From Paraspadella gotoi (Eukaryota > Animalia > Chaetognatha): 64,000 nucleotides of DNA. The notes under the pieces were generated by a model, which saw only the letters and a list, made by a program, of their open reading frames with translations, was not told where the DNA came from and made no database searches. Each line of letters starts with the position of its first letter. The stretch's first letter is position 1. Of this stretch, positions 40,081 to 52,775 are shown one piece after another. Both the position numbers and the translations under genes were made by a program. Where the stretch lies: contig CM119267.1 of assembly GCA_051294375.1 (NCBI GenBank), forward strand, positions 21,887,486 to 21,951,485, given 5' to 3'.

Positions 40081-43025
40081 CAGATTCGATATCAAATTCT
40101 TAGCTGCAATTTTTCTGCCTCTGCACTCATTTTCTGACCTAACCCGCCGTCGCCGCCGCCGCCGCCGCTGCTGCCCGTATTCTAAATGGAGCTCGGCGCG
40201 ATTCTCAGAGCGCCGGGCGACTTTGGGCGAAAAAGGAGCTCCGACGAGACGATCCGGCCAAGGCGATCACGTGACCCGGTCGGGCTCAAGGTCCCCTCTT
40301 TCTTTTTTTCATTTTTTTTCTTTCTTTGCCAAGGGCGCGACGACCAGACTTTGCTCTTTGCTTTTTCTCACTTCTCTGATTCCTGATTTGTGTAGACCTC
40401 ACACCGAGACATCACCTCCCCACGCCCACTGCTATTTACGCGCCAGCCGACCTTTTAGCCTCGTGTTGCTGCTGCTATCCAAGAGTTTTTTATTGAAAAC
40501 ATATTTATTATACATGAATAGTTGTAAAATTTTAATTTTTTATTCTACAATTTTTTTTAATATTTACAACTTCATTGGCACCGACTGAATATTTTTGAGT
40601 TGCATCATTAGGAAAATTCAACTTCTCCAAATTAAACTGCTAATTTTCAACTTAGAATCCTCCTTTTTATAGCAGCTTCGCCAACGACAACGACAACGAC
40701 AACGACGACGACGACGACGATCATTTAAGGGGAGAAGGTGAAAAGTTGACTTTTTTTTCTGCTTCGAGAGAAATCGAAGCTTTCGGGCCGAGTTAGTGAA
40801 CTATTTTTTTAGGTTTTTTTTGTCTTGCCAGTAAAGCTCTGCTTGTTTTTCTTGCCAGTTTGTTTCCAGTCAGTCGATCTCTACTTCTTATCAATGGCCA
40901 GTCCATCTTTGCCTTTTTTTCCTTACCAGTTGACGCCATCTCTGATCGATTTCCCGATGCCGTTACTGACGTTTCAATTGTTTTATTGCCGATACAATGC
41001 CATCTCTTTTCGTTCTCTTCCTCTCCATTTTTTTCGTCTCTCATCTCTGTCTTTTCACAGTTCACTCGTTACGTCGCAAATTTATTTCCTAATTAATCCG
41101 AATATTCTTTTCTCCCCCCACATTTAAATTTATTCAAATTACTATCAATTTTTAAATTATTTTAATGCCGTACCCCTTAACCCAGAGTCATTGTTATCGT
41201 TGTGGTCGTCATCGTTGTCGCCCTTCGTTTCCATGACGACCGCAACGGGTTTTTTTTTTTTTTGCCAATTTCTGCGTCGACTTCGATGAAGGCGAAAAAT
41301 TCGGCGCCGAAAACGCGACTTCGATTAGACTTTTCAATCAACGTTGTCGTCGTCGTCGTCGTCGTCGTCGTTGTCGACTTTTAGTAGTTTTTTCATTAGA
41401 GCTTCTTTCTCTCGTTCTCCCCCCCCCTCCCACGGCCCTCGGCCCATGGTCCATTTTTCCGTACCCACCCTACTTTTACTTATCCGCTCAAACCCACCCT
41501 GCCCAAAGTGCCCATCAGCCCAATTCGCCTACAGCTTTTCATCGCTTCAGCAAAGTCAAATTTCTCGAATCCTAATTTCCTTTCGAATTTAACGTCTCTC
41601 AATTATTTAAACTCGCGCGCAATTTAGATTAACGCAGCGGAAACGTTATCACATTTCCCGCACAGATAAACAATGATTTGATCCTGCGCGAACACACGAA
41701 CAAGGAATATCGGTCAAATGGATAGGTATGTCGTTTGTGATTAGCAAAAATATTTTTTCTCGTCGGCTTGAAAGTCAGAGAACAATGTCGATCGTTAAGG
41801 TCTTTAAAATAAGTTTTATTATGATATATTGTATTATATTGTATTATATTGTTTCTATGAATTTCTTTCTATATTTTTGTAGCCAAAGACTAATACAGTT
41901 GTTTTTTTTTCCCATTATTCATAGAACCGAACATCTAATCTCTATTGTTCAGTCGCCACTTGCGCCCAAAGCCAAAACAATCCGAACGGATCCAGGCCTC
42001 AAAATGCCCATGGTTGCTATGGTGATTATGGTGAGGTTTTTTTTCTTTCCTTCACGGCGCCTAAATTGGATTTTTTTTTTTTTTTTTTTTTTTTGCTTTC
42101 TTCTTTCTCCCAATGAGACGAAGAAGCGATAAAGAAGAAGTTTTTCTTCCTTCATCAATGTTGCTCTTTTTTTCGTGGGGGAAGTAAGAGGAGGAGGAGG
42201 ATGAGGAGGGGTAGAAGGAGGAGGAGGAGGAGGAGGAGGAGGAGGAAAGAGAAAAATCGTAAAACGTCTGAAAGGAAAGAAAAAAGAGAGGAAAAAAAAC
42301 CATTTATTTTTATCTTACAATCGAGGTAGTAGCTACTACTGCATTCGAGAAAATAGTATTACTATCAGGAGTATATAACATTTTTTAATCACGAGCGCAG
42401 CCAATTAACCCTAACAAGCTTTGAAGTAACTAGACATTGTAATTTGTGACTTTTAACTTGTAATTTAATTTCAAGCTAAAATTTTGATGTTTTAGAGACT
42501 TGCTTGTAATTTGCTTAATGTTTATGTATCTACTTTGTTTTTTAGTTTGTTTATTTTACTACTTTAATCCATAGCATGATTAAATAAAATCGTCAAAAAA
42601 AATTTCTTATTTAACGAACGAGAATTTATTCAATTTTTATATTTTTCTATATTAATCGATTGCAAATAGAGAGAAAAACTGAAAAGCCAGTCTTGGCTTC
42701 GCGTCGCCAGGCATCGCCTGCTTCGTCGCCGGATCGCCTGCCGCGTTTTCTTAGGATTCACGACGAACCACGTGATGTTTTCGTCAAAACAGTCTTCACC
42801 CGCCCCCCCCCCAAAGGTTTTTTTACTTTCCTGATCGGATCCGCGTCATTCTCCTTCCAGCCCCCCCCCCCACCCCAATTCGCGCCGAATTCCTCGGTCG
42901 AATCTGGTGAAATTTTCTGAAAGAAATGTCCGACGCAGACCCGACTCTCACAAACAACTTTTGGAGAAGCAGAGAAGAGAGAGAGAGAGGAGAGAAGAGA
43001 GAGAGAGAGAGAGAGAGAGGAGGAA

Positions 43026-43059
<34 letters not shown>

Positions 43060-43516
43060 GAGAAACGAAAGAGAGCCCTGAAAGTATGGCCCCCGCCCAT
43101 CGTCATTAGCTATGCTCGTTCCAGGTCCCCACTGTCCCCGAGGGGCGTGTTTTTTCGTTTAAAAGAGTTCGCGCCCTTTCGCCACCTTCCGTCGGCGCTC
43201 ATCATCGCGGCCGGGCGCCTCTTTTCTTTATATGAGGTGGAAAACCGAGGAGATTTTGTCCTTTGTTCTCGTTGCCTTCTTTAGATGTTTCAAATGCTAA
43301 TGCTAATGCAGATTTTGTTCTTTCTCAGTTCTCACTCTTATACATGATTTATGGTTATACAATTTGAGTAATGACTTTCTCCCTCCCAATTGAAAATCGA
43401 TAAACAGCATAACCCAATCAATTCGTATTTAGCCTTATTCTATTTTAGGAGACTCATACCTGCTACGATACGCGGTTTCTTTCTTTTTCGCTTTCACTCA
43501 CTGGTCTATTTCTCAT

Positions 43517-43554
<38 letters not shown>

Positions 43555-44002
43555 NNNNNNNNNNNNNNNNNNNNNNNNNNNNNNNNNNNNNNNNNNNNNN
43601 NNNNNNNNNNNNNNNNNNNNNNNNNNNNNNNNNNNNNNNNNNNNNNNNNNNNNNNNNNNNNNNNNNNNNNNNNNNNNNNNNNNNNNNNNNNNNNNNNNNN
43701 NNNNNNNNNNNNNNNNNNNNNNNNNNNNNNNNNNNNNNNNNNNNNNNNNNNNNNNNNNNNNNNNNNNNNNNNTTCCCTTTCCAATTTCGCTTAAATCTCC
43801 CGACGAGGTGAAGCCTAAAGGTGATCGCCTTCACATCCCAGGTTTTCTCGTTCACCAAGTTTTTTTTTCTGGGTTGGTTTAGCGGAAACATTGATTGCAT
43901 TGTCTAATGTTTTGACAACGACCTAGACTGCAATGACTGCAATGCTTTGCCAGTAATGTCCAAAGCTATAACAACTGCCTGACTCCAATGTCTAATTTTC
44001 GA

Positions 44003-44074
<72 letters not shown>

Positions 44075-44533
44075 ATTAAACAGATGATAAATGTATTTGT
44101 ATTTTTCATTTCTTATTTTCGTAGTTCATCGAAACTTCTTCTCTGCCAACCGCTTCCACTTCCATGTTTGTTTCCATTTCACCTCAGGTTACCATGGAGA
44201 CGAGAAAATCTTGTGCCGGTGTTAAAAGCCCGACGCAATGTGGTCGTAACTGAAGAGGGGAAGATAGATAGAAAGATAGATAGGTAGATAGAAATAAATA
44301 GATAGATCAATAGATTAAAAGAAAGTTACTAAATTGATAATTAGATAGATAGATACATAGCTAGATAGATAGATACCTAGATATCTATATATCTAGATAG
44401 ATATCTTGATAGAAATATATTGCTAGCTTTTCATTTTCTCTTTAGTTTCGCTCGTTACCTCTCACCGAATCACAACACTTGTGAATCGATCTCCTGAGAT
44501 CATATAAATTTTTTCTCCTGGAAGAGCTAGGCA

Positions 44534-44566
<33 letters not shown>

Positions 44567-45026
44567 TCGACGACGAAGACGATGATTTAATGACAAAGAA
44601 CGAAACGTGAAAATAAAAAGAAAATTAAATAGTCATTAATAATTACTAATGAACACTCGGTATTTCCGTATGTACTTATCATTTTACATTAAATATATAC
44701 AATGAATGACCTGCGATGCTACATGCAAGGATATGACCTTCAATGAGTTATCGTCGTTGTCGTCGTCGTCGTCATCCACGACCCGGACGTCGTCTTCCTC
44801 ATCATCGCCTCCGAGATTGCGCCCAGGGGTCGTTTCAAAGGGTCAATTTCGTCGCCAAGAACTCGTTGCTAAGGACGCGTTGCTAAGGGGCTCCGTCATC
44901 TTCATCGCCGTGGGATCGTGGAGAAGACGCGACCTTGGGGACTGAAGAGGAACGACGACGACGCCGATGAAGATGACGATGATGGCCGCCGTTTTTACAA
45001 TAAATAAACATTGTGTTTAACTTTTC

Positions 45027-45079
45027 AAAATGCGCTGATGAAGACTCGCCAAACAATAGTCGAAATATGTTCGTATTTT
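45027..45079 (+). ncRNA. Minimal type-I hammerhead ribozyme (Penelope-like pLTR/retrozyme type)
   Basis: AAAATGCG-CTGATGA-A-GACT(cgccaaacaat)AGTC-GAAA-TATG-TT-CGTATTTT: 8-bp stem I, 4-bp stem II, intact CUGANGA/GAAA core and a short quasi-palindromic stem III. Confidence 0.75.
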
Positions 45080-45234
45080 TTTAAACAAAAAACCCTTGTT
45101 TGTTAACAAAGAAACATTGTTTTTCTATCTGGAATAAATAAATTATTTTAAAAAAACTCCGAAAGTCCTGAACATTAAAAACGACGCGACCCCAGAAAAT
45201 GAAACAACCGGGATTCTCATCTAGACCATTTCTT

Positions 45235-45317
<83 letters not shown>

Positions 45318-45706
45318 TCATTCTTCTCTCTCTCCTTTATCCTTTACATTTTTCCTCGCTTACTTTCTTACGTCTCGCTACATTATAACATATTTTAATT
45401 TCCTTTTATATCGTCGCCTCTCTGTCCCCGTGGCCGCACTCTCTCTCTCTCCTCTCTCTCTTCTCTCTCTCTCTCTCTCTCTCCTCTTCTCTCTCTCTCT
45501 CTCTTTCTCTCCTCGCTCAAAATGTTCCCAATCTCAATACGTCGCCCGCAATGACCGAAAATTGTCCCTGGGGAACCAATGAGGAAGGAAGGGGCGAAGC
45601 GAGGGAAAGGAAAGAGAGAAAAAAGGAAAGGAATATCGAAAGGAGAAAGAAGAGCTAAAACTAACGGATGAGGAAATGGAAAATAAGTAAAGGAAATCGG
45701 GCACAG

Positions 45707-46202
45707 TTTTCCAAAGACGCCTTATTTCTGTTCCTAATTTTTAACAAAATACTTAACACAATCTCTAGCGACAATACCAAACCTTAACCGAATCCCTATC
45801 CTTAATCCCTAAGCGCCAACTTAAATCCCTAACTCTCTATCCTTTAACCCGAAACCCAAATCCCTAACCCCAATATTTAACCAAATCTCTAACCAAAACC
45901 CTAATCTAACTCCTTGTAGTCGGGCATTGCCAAGAGTTCACCCTGACTACGACAACTTCGGTCGTGACCCGGCGGTTCATTGAATGATACCATCTATCCC
46001 CAATGGTACCAACCCTGCGGAAAGCGAGAGGACGGCCGTAAACCGCCTTGGGGGGCTTTGGAAAACCCTAAAGCCTGGTCCCAAGCCCGGGACCCGTTCC
46101 ATGGCTGCTCGAGGGGTTTAAAGGTGTTGCGTATAGCAATTTTTAGCCCTCCCCCCTTAACCTAACCCCTATCCATAACCCTTAAACTAATCTTTGGGAA
46201 AA
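45707..46202. mobile_element. MITE-like telomere-repeat family copy interrupted by a ~235-bp GC-rich structured insert
   Basis: TTTTCCAAAGACGCC left end; CCCTAA-like runs on both sides of 45912-46146; CTTTGGGAAAA right end. Confidence 0.45.
46034..46119 (+). ncRNA. Candidate degenerate twister-like ribozyme
   Basis: TAA-ACC-GCC-[hairpin]-GCCTGG-TCCCAAGC-CCGGG...GAGGG matches the twister motif order, but P1/P2 pairing is poor. Confidence 0.35.
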
Positions 46203-48074
46203 AATAAGTTCGGAAAAAAGAATCAAGGAAAATCGAAAGAGAGTAAAAAGAAAAAAGGACGGGAGACGACAGCGCCGATGACGACGACCCTCCGGACGTC
46301 CGGTGCCGGAGTTTAAGCCGAGACTGAGGACCGGGACGGAATCCATCCGGCGCCGAGACGGACACCGGATTTTCCGATCCCATTTTTTTTCTTCTTCGAT
46401 TTCCGATTTTCCAGGACGAATTTGTCGTTGTCATTCTCGTGGTCGGAGTCGTAGTCAACGTCGTCCACGTCGTTGTCGGAGTCTTTGTCGGAGTCGATGT
46501 CAAAGTTGTGGACATTTTCGTCGTCGTCTTTTTCTCCGTTTTCGATTTCGTCGTCGTCATCGTCGTCGTCGTCATTGGAATTGTCGTCTTCGTCAACAAT
46601 GATGACATCATTGTCGTCGTTGATTCATTGTTCCTGTCGAAATTGTCACGAATGTTGATGCCATCGTCATTGTTGTCAATGACGTCCTTTTTGACGTCAT
46701 CTTTGTCATATTCGTCGTTGTCATCGTCTTTGAAATGGTCGTCGTCATTGTCTTAATCGCTAGAATCGTTCTAAATGTCGTCGTCGTCGTCTGCTTCCTT
46801 CCTTCCGTCGTTGTTGTTGTAGTTGTAATCTTTTTCCAGGGATTTCTCCGAGTGTAGTTTTCCCATTGTCCTTTTTATTTAGTTCACTTAACTGATAATC
46901 GAATCTGAGGATTCGTTTCTCTTTCCCCACAAACTCATTGTCGTCGTCGTCGTCGTCGTCGTTTTGGAATGAAAGAGAAGGAGAAGAAGGTAGTAATGAA
47001 AAATAAAAATTAACTGGTTTCATTATTTTATATTTTATGAAAATTTGCAAATTACTATTTTCTATTTTTATATATGTGTTTTATTCGTTTATATTTTATG
47101 AAGGATTTAGTATTTAATCTATATTATTTAATCAAATACATAATGCTTTCTTTCTTAAAAAAAGTTTATTTTTTAATTTTTACTATCTAATATTGTATTT
47201 ACGGTCGTGGCTGCGTGTGGTCGTGACCGTAGAGGGAGAAAAAGGGCTCGACGTCCGATGGCCATGGATTCGATATCGGCGTTACTTTGCCCCGTTTCTC
47301 GAGAGAGAGAACGCGACGACGATTATGAAGACGATGAAGAAACGTGAACACGGGATATCCCGATTATTCTTTATGTAAAGAATTGTTTAAATTGTTGAAC
47401 CCCGACGTCGTACGGTTTTAAGACCGTTTGTTTATAAGTAATGGACTTTTTTTATGATTTTATGGACTTAATTATGAACTGTTTAACCTCGAATTTGTAA
47501 TAAACAAACTACATTTGAAACCACGATCGTCATCCTAAAAGTCAGCCAGAAATTCGAGGCAGCTCAAACAAATATATATTATTTAAATGTATATTTTTTT
47601 AACTTATTTTCATACGTATAAATTTTAATATTTTATTTTTTGGAGGGGAAGGTCAATAAAGAAAAGAAAAGGAAAGAATAAATAATAATGAGTAGCGAGT
47701 ACACAAAAACAATGCGCAAAAATCTATTAATCTTTAGACGAAAAAATAAGTAAGCAATTTATGAGTTTCTACAAACCCTTATACTAATAGGCTTATTACT
47801 AATTCAAAATATCCTCCCTAATTTTATGAAGGTCGCTTACAAAAAAAAATTCTTCGATTTTTTTTTATTTTATTACAATGATTCGTTTATTTCAAAAAAT
47901 TTGTAAACATCAAAGTCTCATATTTAGGGAATAAAAAAAGCTTTTATTTGTAACAATCGTGAAATTCACAACCTTATCGCTACTTCAACTTAAGCGATAC
48001 GACGACGACGAAGGCGACGACGATGGTGACGAAAGCGGCGCTGCCGCTGCTGACCACGCGGACGACGCCGCACG

Positions 48075-49987
48075 TCAACCTGTCGTATTCATTCTGGTGT
48101 CCTTGCATTGCTTTTTGCAGCTCTTGACGCACTTGCGACTGATACCTCCTGAGTTTTTAAGATCCACGGGCTAAGAATGTGGCATGCAGAGACGAGAGAG
48201 AGAGAGAGAAGAGAGAAAGAAAGAAAGAAAGAAGAAAGAAAGAAGAAAGAAAGAAAAAAGAGAGAGTGTGAGAGAAAGAGAGGGTCGGTCGGTCGGTCGG
48301 TCGGTCGGTCGGTCGGTCGGTCGGTCGGTCGGTCGGTCGGTCGGTCGGTCGGTCGGTCGGTCGGTCCGGTCGGTCGGTCGGTCGGTCGGTCGGTCGTCGG
48401 TCGGTCGGTCGGGTCGGTCGGTCGGTCGGTCGGTCGGTCGGTCCGTGGTCGTCGGTCGGTCCGTGGTCGGTCGGTCGTCGTGGTCGGTCGGTCGGTCCGT
48501 TGGTCGTCGGTCGGTCGGTCGGTCGGTCCGGTCGGTCAACCTGTCTTCTTTTGCCCGATGCAGCAACCATCGCCCTTGACGTTCCACTCCCTGCAATAGG
48601 CGGTGGAGAAGCAGTTGTCCCAAGCTTCGGTCCCGTGACCGCAGGTGTAGATATTTTGCCCTCTGGACTTCGATTCGCAATCCGTCGTGCAATTCCCCAC
48701 GCATTTGGAATTCAAGACTTCCTGTTTTTTCGGGGCTTGGGTCATAGACCACGACGGTTTCGAGGGGAGAAGAAAAACTTTTTTTTTTCCCAGAACGCCA
48801 CATTCTATCTTTAATTGTTTCGGGTTAAATAATAAATATTAGGTTAGGGATTGGGTTAGTGATCAGGCTCAGGGATTTTGATTATTGACTCAGCTTTAGG
48901 GTTAGAGGTTAGGGTTAAAAATAAGGGATATAAAATAAGGTATTAGGGTCTAGGATTAGGTTAAGATTAGGGATTAGGTTAGGATTAAGGATTAGTAATT
49001 AGGGTTAGGGAATGGGTTAGGATTAGGGATTAGGAATAAGGGTTAGGGAATGGGTTATAGGTTTAAAAATACATTTAGGGTATATTTTAAAGTCAAAATT
49101 AAATTTGGGGATAAACGAACAGAATGGGGCGCTTGGAAAACAGCCAATTTTTATTTCTATTTTCCTTTTTTGTTTTTCGAGATGTATTTTGGTATTTTGG
49201 TATTTTGGTAGGGTAAACTAATTGTAAGAATATTGTAAATTTGAACCGCTTAGCTCTATAGTCTATGTACTGAACACTAAAGTAACTAGCAATAAATAAT
49301 TAATAAAGTAGCTTAAAAAATATTAATAATAAATAAAAGTAAAACGGTTTGATCGCTGACTTACTGGAGATAGAATGGAAGCAACAAGCCGTAAGTTTGG
49401 GATCGATCCTAAAAAACGCAAAAGCTAAATTGATAGTTCGAATCAAACTTAATCCGGATGTAGTAAAAACCTCTGGCAGTAATCATCCGACGTGCATTTC
49501 TTAAGTTCCGGAAAGTTCGGGATGCATTCCTTGCACTCCTTTGAGCACTCGGCGACACACTTGGAGCCTGCAACGGAATCCAACGATTTCCTTTATCTAT
49601 TTGCTTTTGAATTTTGTTTCGGCAAAAAAAACAAAAACAAGGAAATAAAAGATAGTACTATTTCTGCAAGTCGCCTCATTTCTATTTTTTTATTCTAGTT
49701 TTAACTTTATCATCTAACAAAACATAATCTAACCCCGCTAACCCTATCTTTTGAACTACCGTAGTTCAGAATTTAAGCCAAAATGGATCGCCTTTAGGAA
49801 AATAAATCACAAAATACAAGTCGGCATTCGTCTATAAATTAGTTGAACCTTTTTTCGATACGCAACAAGAAAGCATTTCGTCGCAGTTGTTTCCCTTCTT
49901 CGTCTTATGGCAGATTTTATCCGTCGTCGTCATCGTCGTCGCCAGGACGATCGTCGCGAGGATCGTCGTCCTTATCGTCGGCGTCAT
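48075..49987 (-). CDS. Putative secreted cysteine-rich protein, 5 exons (49987-49849, 49567-49471, 49408-49365, 48735-48541, 48148-48075), ~182 aa, three tandem Cys modules
   Basis: All four introns are GT-AG with compatible phases (1,2,1,1). Product: MTPTIRTTILATIVLATTMTTTDKICHKTKKGNNCDEMLSCCVSKKGSKCVAECSKECKECIPNFPELKKCTSDDYCQRIDPKLTACCFHSISTPKKQEVLNSKCVGNCTTDCESKSRGQNIYTCGHGTEAWDNCFSTAYCREWNVKGDGCCIGQKKTGGISRKCVKSCKKQCKDTRMNTTG*. The N-terminus resembles a signal peptide and the Cys spacing repeats across exon junctions. The exon 4 acceptor could instead be at 48777 (same frame). Confidence 0.8.
48283..48537. repeat. (GGTC)n microsatellite filling intron 4 of the Cys-rich gene
   Basis: Direct inspection. 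Confidence 0.97.
48785..49140. mobile_element. MITE-like telomere-repeat family copy in intron 3 of the Cys-rich gene
   Basis: TTTTCCCAGAACGCCACATTC / GAATGGGGCGCTTGGAAAA ends with an (A/G)GGGTTA/GGATTA interior. Confidence 0.65.
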
Positions 49988-50315
49988 CGTTTCGCGTTTC
50001 GATACCGAATCAGGATAATTATTAATTATTTCCTTCCTTCAAGTCACTCTTCCGGCTAAACCGAAAAAGTATTCGTTCCATTTATTCAACATTTAGCGGG
50101 ACGCAATGGACGAGCGAGCATAGAATCATGTGTTAAATGTTAAAATAATGTAGCAAAGATGTTAGATAGAAGGTAGAATAGATAAAAGGATTACGAAATA
50201 CTCAATAAAGAATTGTATGAAAATTAAAAAAAGAAAAACTAACATTTAAAAAGAAGTATTATGTCGTTTTCGGTGGATTCACTCTGAATTTAAAAGAATT
50301 CTCTTTCTCTCTTTG

Positions 50316-50346
<31 letters not shown>

Positions 50347-50503
50347 TCCCATCCGCAAAAAAGCGATTGAGACTTTCGGCCTTTTTTTTTGGCAACAAAC
50401 AAAATTTGACTTCGGTCTGATAAGGAAATAAAAACTGCGACGGGAGTCGAATAAAACTCGGAAAGAGAGAAATAAAAGAGCAATGAAGGACGTGACACGT
50501 GCG

Positions 50504-50547
<44 letters not shown>

Positions 50548-50614
50548 TAAAGGGCCAAAAAGTGATCCTAAAAAATAGGAGACGTTTTATTGCATCAGCA
50601 GTTTGTCGAAGAAG

Positions 50615-50668
<54 letters not shown>

Positions 50669-51587
50669 ATATCACCAGAGAAGCTTCATCATTAAAAGGA
50701 GTCTCATTCTCCCTTCAGTCAAGAGGCCACTGCGGAGTGACAAAGTGACAAAGAGTGACAGGGAAGAGAGTATATGTTGAGAGATGCCGTTGCTCATCTC
50801 TTTATTTTAATCATCATGATTCATTTTCTACATTTTGTCTACTCAAGCCTATCTGTGTGCTACTTTCTATGCTCTTTACCTTTTCACGTTTCACAGAGAG
50901 ACCAGTCACAGTGAGACTTCAGCCCGTCACAAAACGGCCTTTTTACGGGGACATGAGGCACGTTGTCACTCAGTCATGTTTTGTCACCACTTGTAGCAGC
51001 TCATGACGTCTTGTCACGTGGGCAATAGACTTGTGGAGGTCCACACTTCGACCACAGCACTTTCGATGGACTTGTGGCCAACTGACGGAGGCGGTGACAA
51101 ATGGGCTGACACCCTCGCCGACAAAGGGTCTCAGCGTCACTCGCGACGGCGCCACCAAAGGGGCGCTGGATGCGGCCGCGCCCACTTCTGGCGACGAGGG
51201 GATTGACGGCAGTCTCCCCCAGTAATGGCGCGACGGGTCATAGGACTAGGTCCTCGACAGTATCGATTCTGAGATGACTGTGGTGAGATGAGTGTGAATC
51301 CCTTCGACCTCGAGAAACCAATTAGGGACTACTTACTAAGTTATTAATCAATCATTAATTAATGTATGATGATTAAAGAACGTCTTTAAGAATGTTTAAT
51401 TGTTTATCGAAAGTTCGTTGCCATGACGACAGAGTACGGACGTTTTGACTCCACGCATAGTTATGCGTTTAATTTTTAAAAGTTATTATAAAATAAGCTC
51501 ATAATGATGAGACGTTATAAAAATAAGTTCGCTTGTGAGAAAGTAAAAAACTAATCAACGGATCAACGGGATTGGAGACGCGGTATT

Positions 51588-51650
<63 letters not shown>

Positions 51651-51903
51651 CCCGTTGCTCTTTTTCTGCGTTTGGGCTTAATGATCGCGCAAATCACGCC
51701 CGAGAGAGCCGGAGAGAGAGANNNNNNNNNNGAGAGACAGGATCGCTGGGGAATCGGTCTGTTGTTTGCCTTAACCATTAAAAATTGTTACGTTGTATAA
51801 AATGCTATTCGAGGATAGGATCTCTATGAGGCGATTTTTTTATGGTGCTGACGAACGCTCGTCGCTCGTTTCGGCAGACGTTAGTTTTTTATAAAAAGGT
51901 TAA

Positions 51904-52775
51904 GGGGACCAAGTGAACAGGGGGGGTAAAAAGCTGAAAGAATAATGTTTGATTCTTTAACTTAAGCTAGTTCTTACCATATAATTATTTCTTTTATAAT
52001 CATTTGGGAAAGTAGTTAAAAAATTCAATGATGATCAACTGCCTAATTTTCTTTAAAAAATTGGTAAGAATAAAATCTTTTTTAAGTTTTAAACTTTTTT
52101 TCTTAAAAAGGGTAAGATCTAATTTTAAAAAGATTTTTTTTATTACAAAAGTTTATAACAAAAAAATTAGCAATGAATAAAAATTTAGGGTATCAACTGA
52201 TTTTATTTAAACTTTCTTTTCAAGTGATTCTGTTAATCAAATAAAAATATAAAATTTTAAAGTAATATATATATATAAAAAGAAAAGAAAGTTTTATACT
52301 TTATTAAATTCTGAATTGTTATAATTAGGAATCAAATATGATTTAAAAATACTTTTAAAGGATAAATATTAATATTAATTAATAGTTAATATAGTTTTTT
52401 ATAAGAATAGAATTTAGGTTTTATTTTTCAGCTTTTAAATGTATTTAGAATTAAAAAAATATTAATCTGGTAAAGTCTTTGTTCAATGAGGCTTAAACCT
52501 AAAATTTTAGCTTTGTACAGTAAAAAATAAAAATTAAAAATTTAGTCAAAAATATTTTTTACTACAAAAATAAAATAATGGATAATATAAATATTTAGGT
52601 AGGATCAATTATAATTTTTTTAATAATAATTAAATTTTTGATTCCGCTACAATAAGAGATAGGATTTTTTTAAAAAAAACTTTCCTATACAAAAAAAATT
52701 AATGACTATTACCATTCAAATTCCTTTGATGATAGACCCTTAAGCTGATGATATCATTTTTATCACTCGGTCCCC
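51904..52775. mobile_element. Non-autonomous Kolobok-like DNA transposon (872 bp)
   Basis: TTAA|GGGGACCAAGTGA ... TCACTCGGTCCCC|TTAA. A TTAA TSD with RR..YY termini fits Kolobok (piggyBac starts with CC). AT-rich non-coding interior. Confidence 0.75.

Noticed and set aside
44188-44253. Possible terminal mini-exon GYHGDEKILCRC* (defensin-like CxC end)
   Set aside because: Too short, and no upstream Cys-containing exons could be linked to it.
46162-46756. Thr-, Val- or Asp-rich ORFs resembling mucin or acidic proteins
   Set aside because: Degenerate (GAC/GTC)n sequence, which is common throughout this window; no start or splice context and no domain.
48157-48599. PTDR/VGRS repeat proteins; likewise ERER/SLSL and FRSV ORFs elsewhere
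   Set aside because: Translations of (GGTC)n, (AG)n and (AAACGGAACG)n repeats.
48840-49065. True telomere or chromosome-fusion site
   Set aside because: The repeats are degenerate, short, intronic and bounded by the same inverted ends as other dispersed copies.
49593-49679. Alternative signal-peptide-like start MRRLAEIVLSFISLFLFFLP in frame with exon 2 of the Cys-rich gene, raising the idea of TAA read-through
   Set aside because: There is an in-frame TAA at 49593-49595, and the hydrophobicity comes from a T-rich intron. A better first exon (49987-49849) completes the Cys module.
51848-51880. CTGACGA hammerhead-like core (also CTGATGA at ~35058 and ~52745)
   Set aside because: No correctly placed stem II plus GAAA and no closing stem I.
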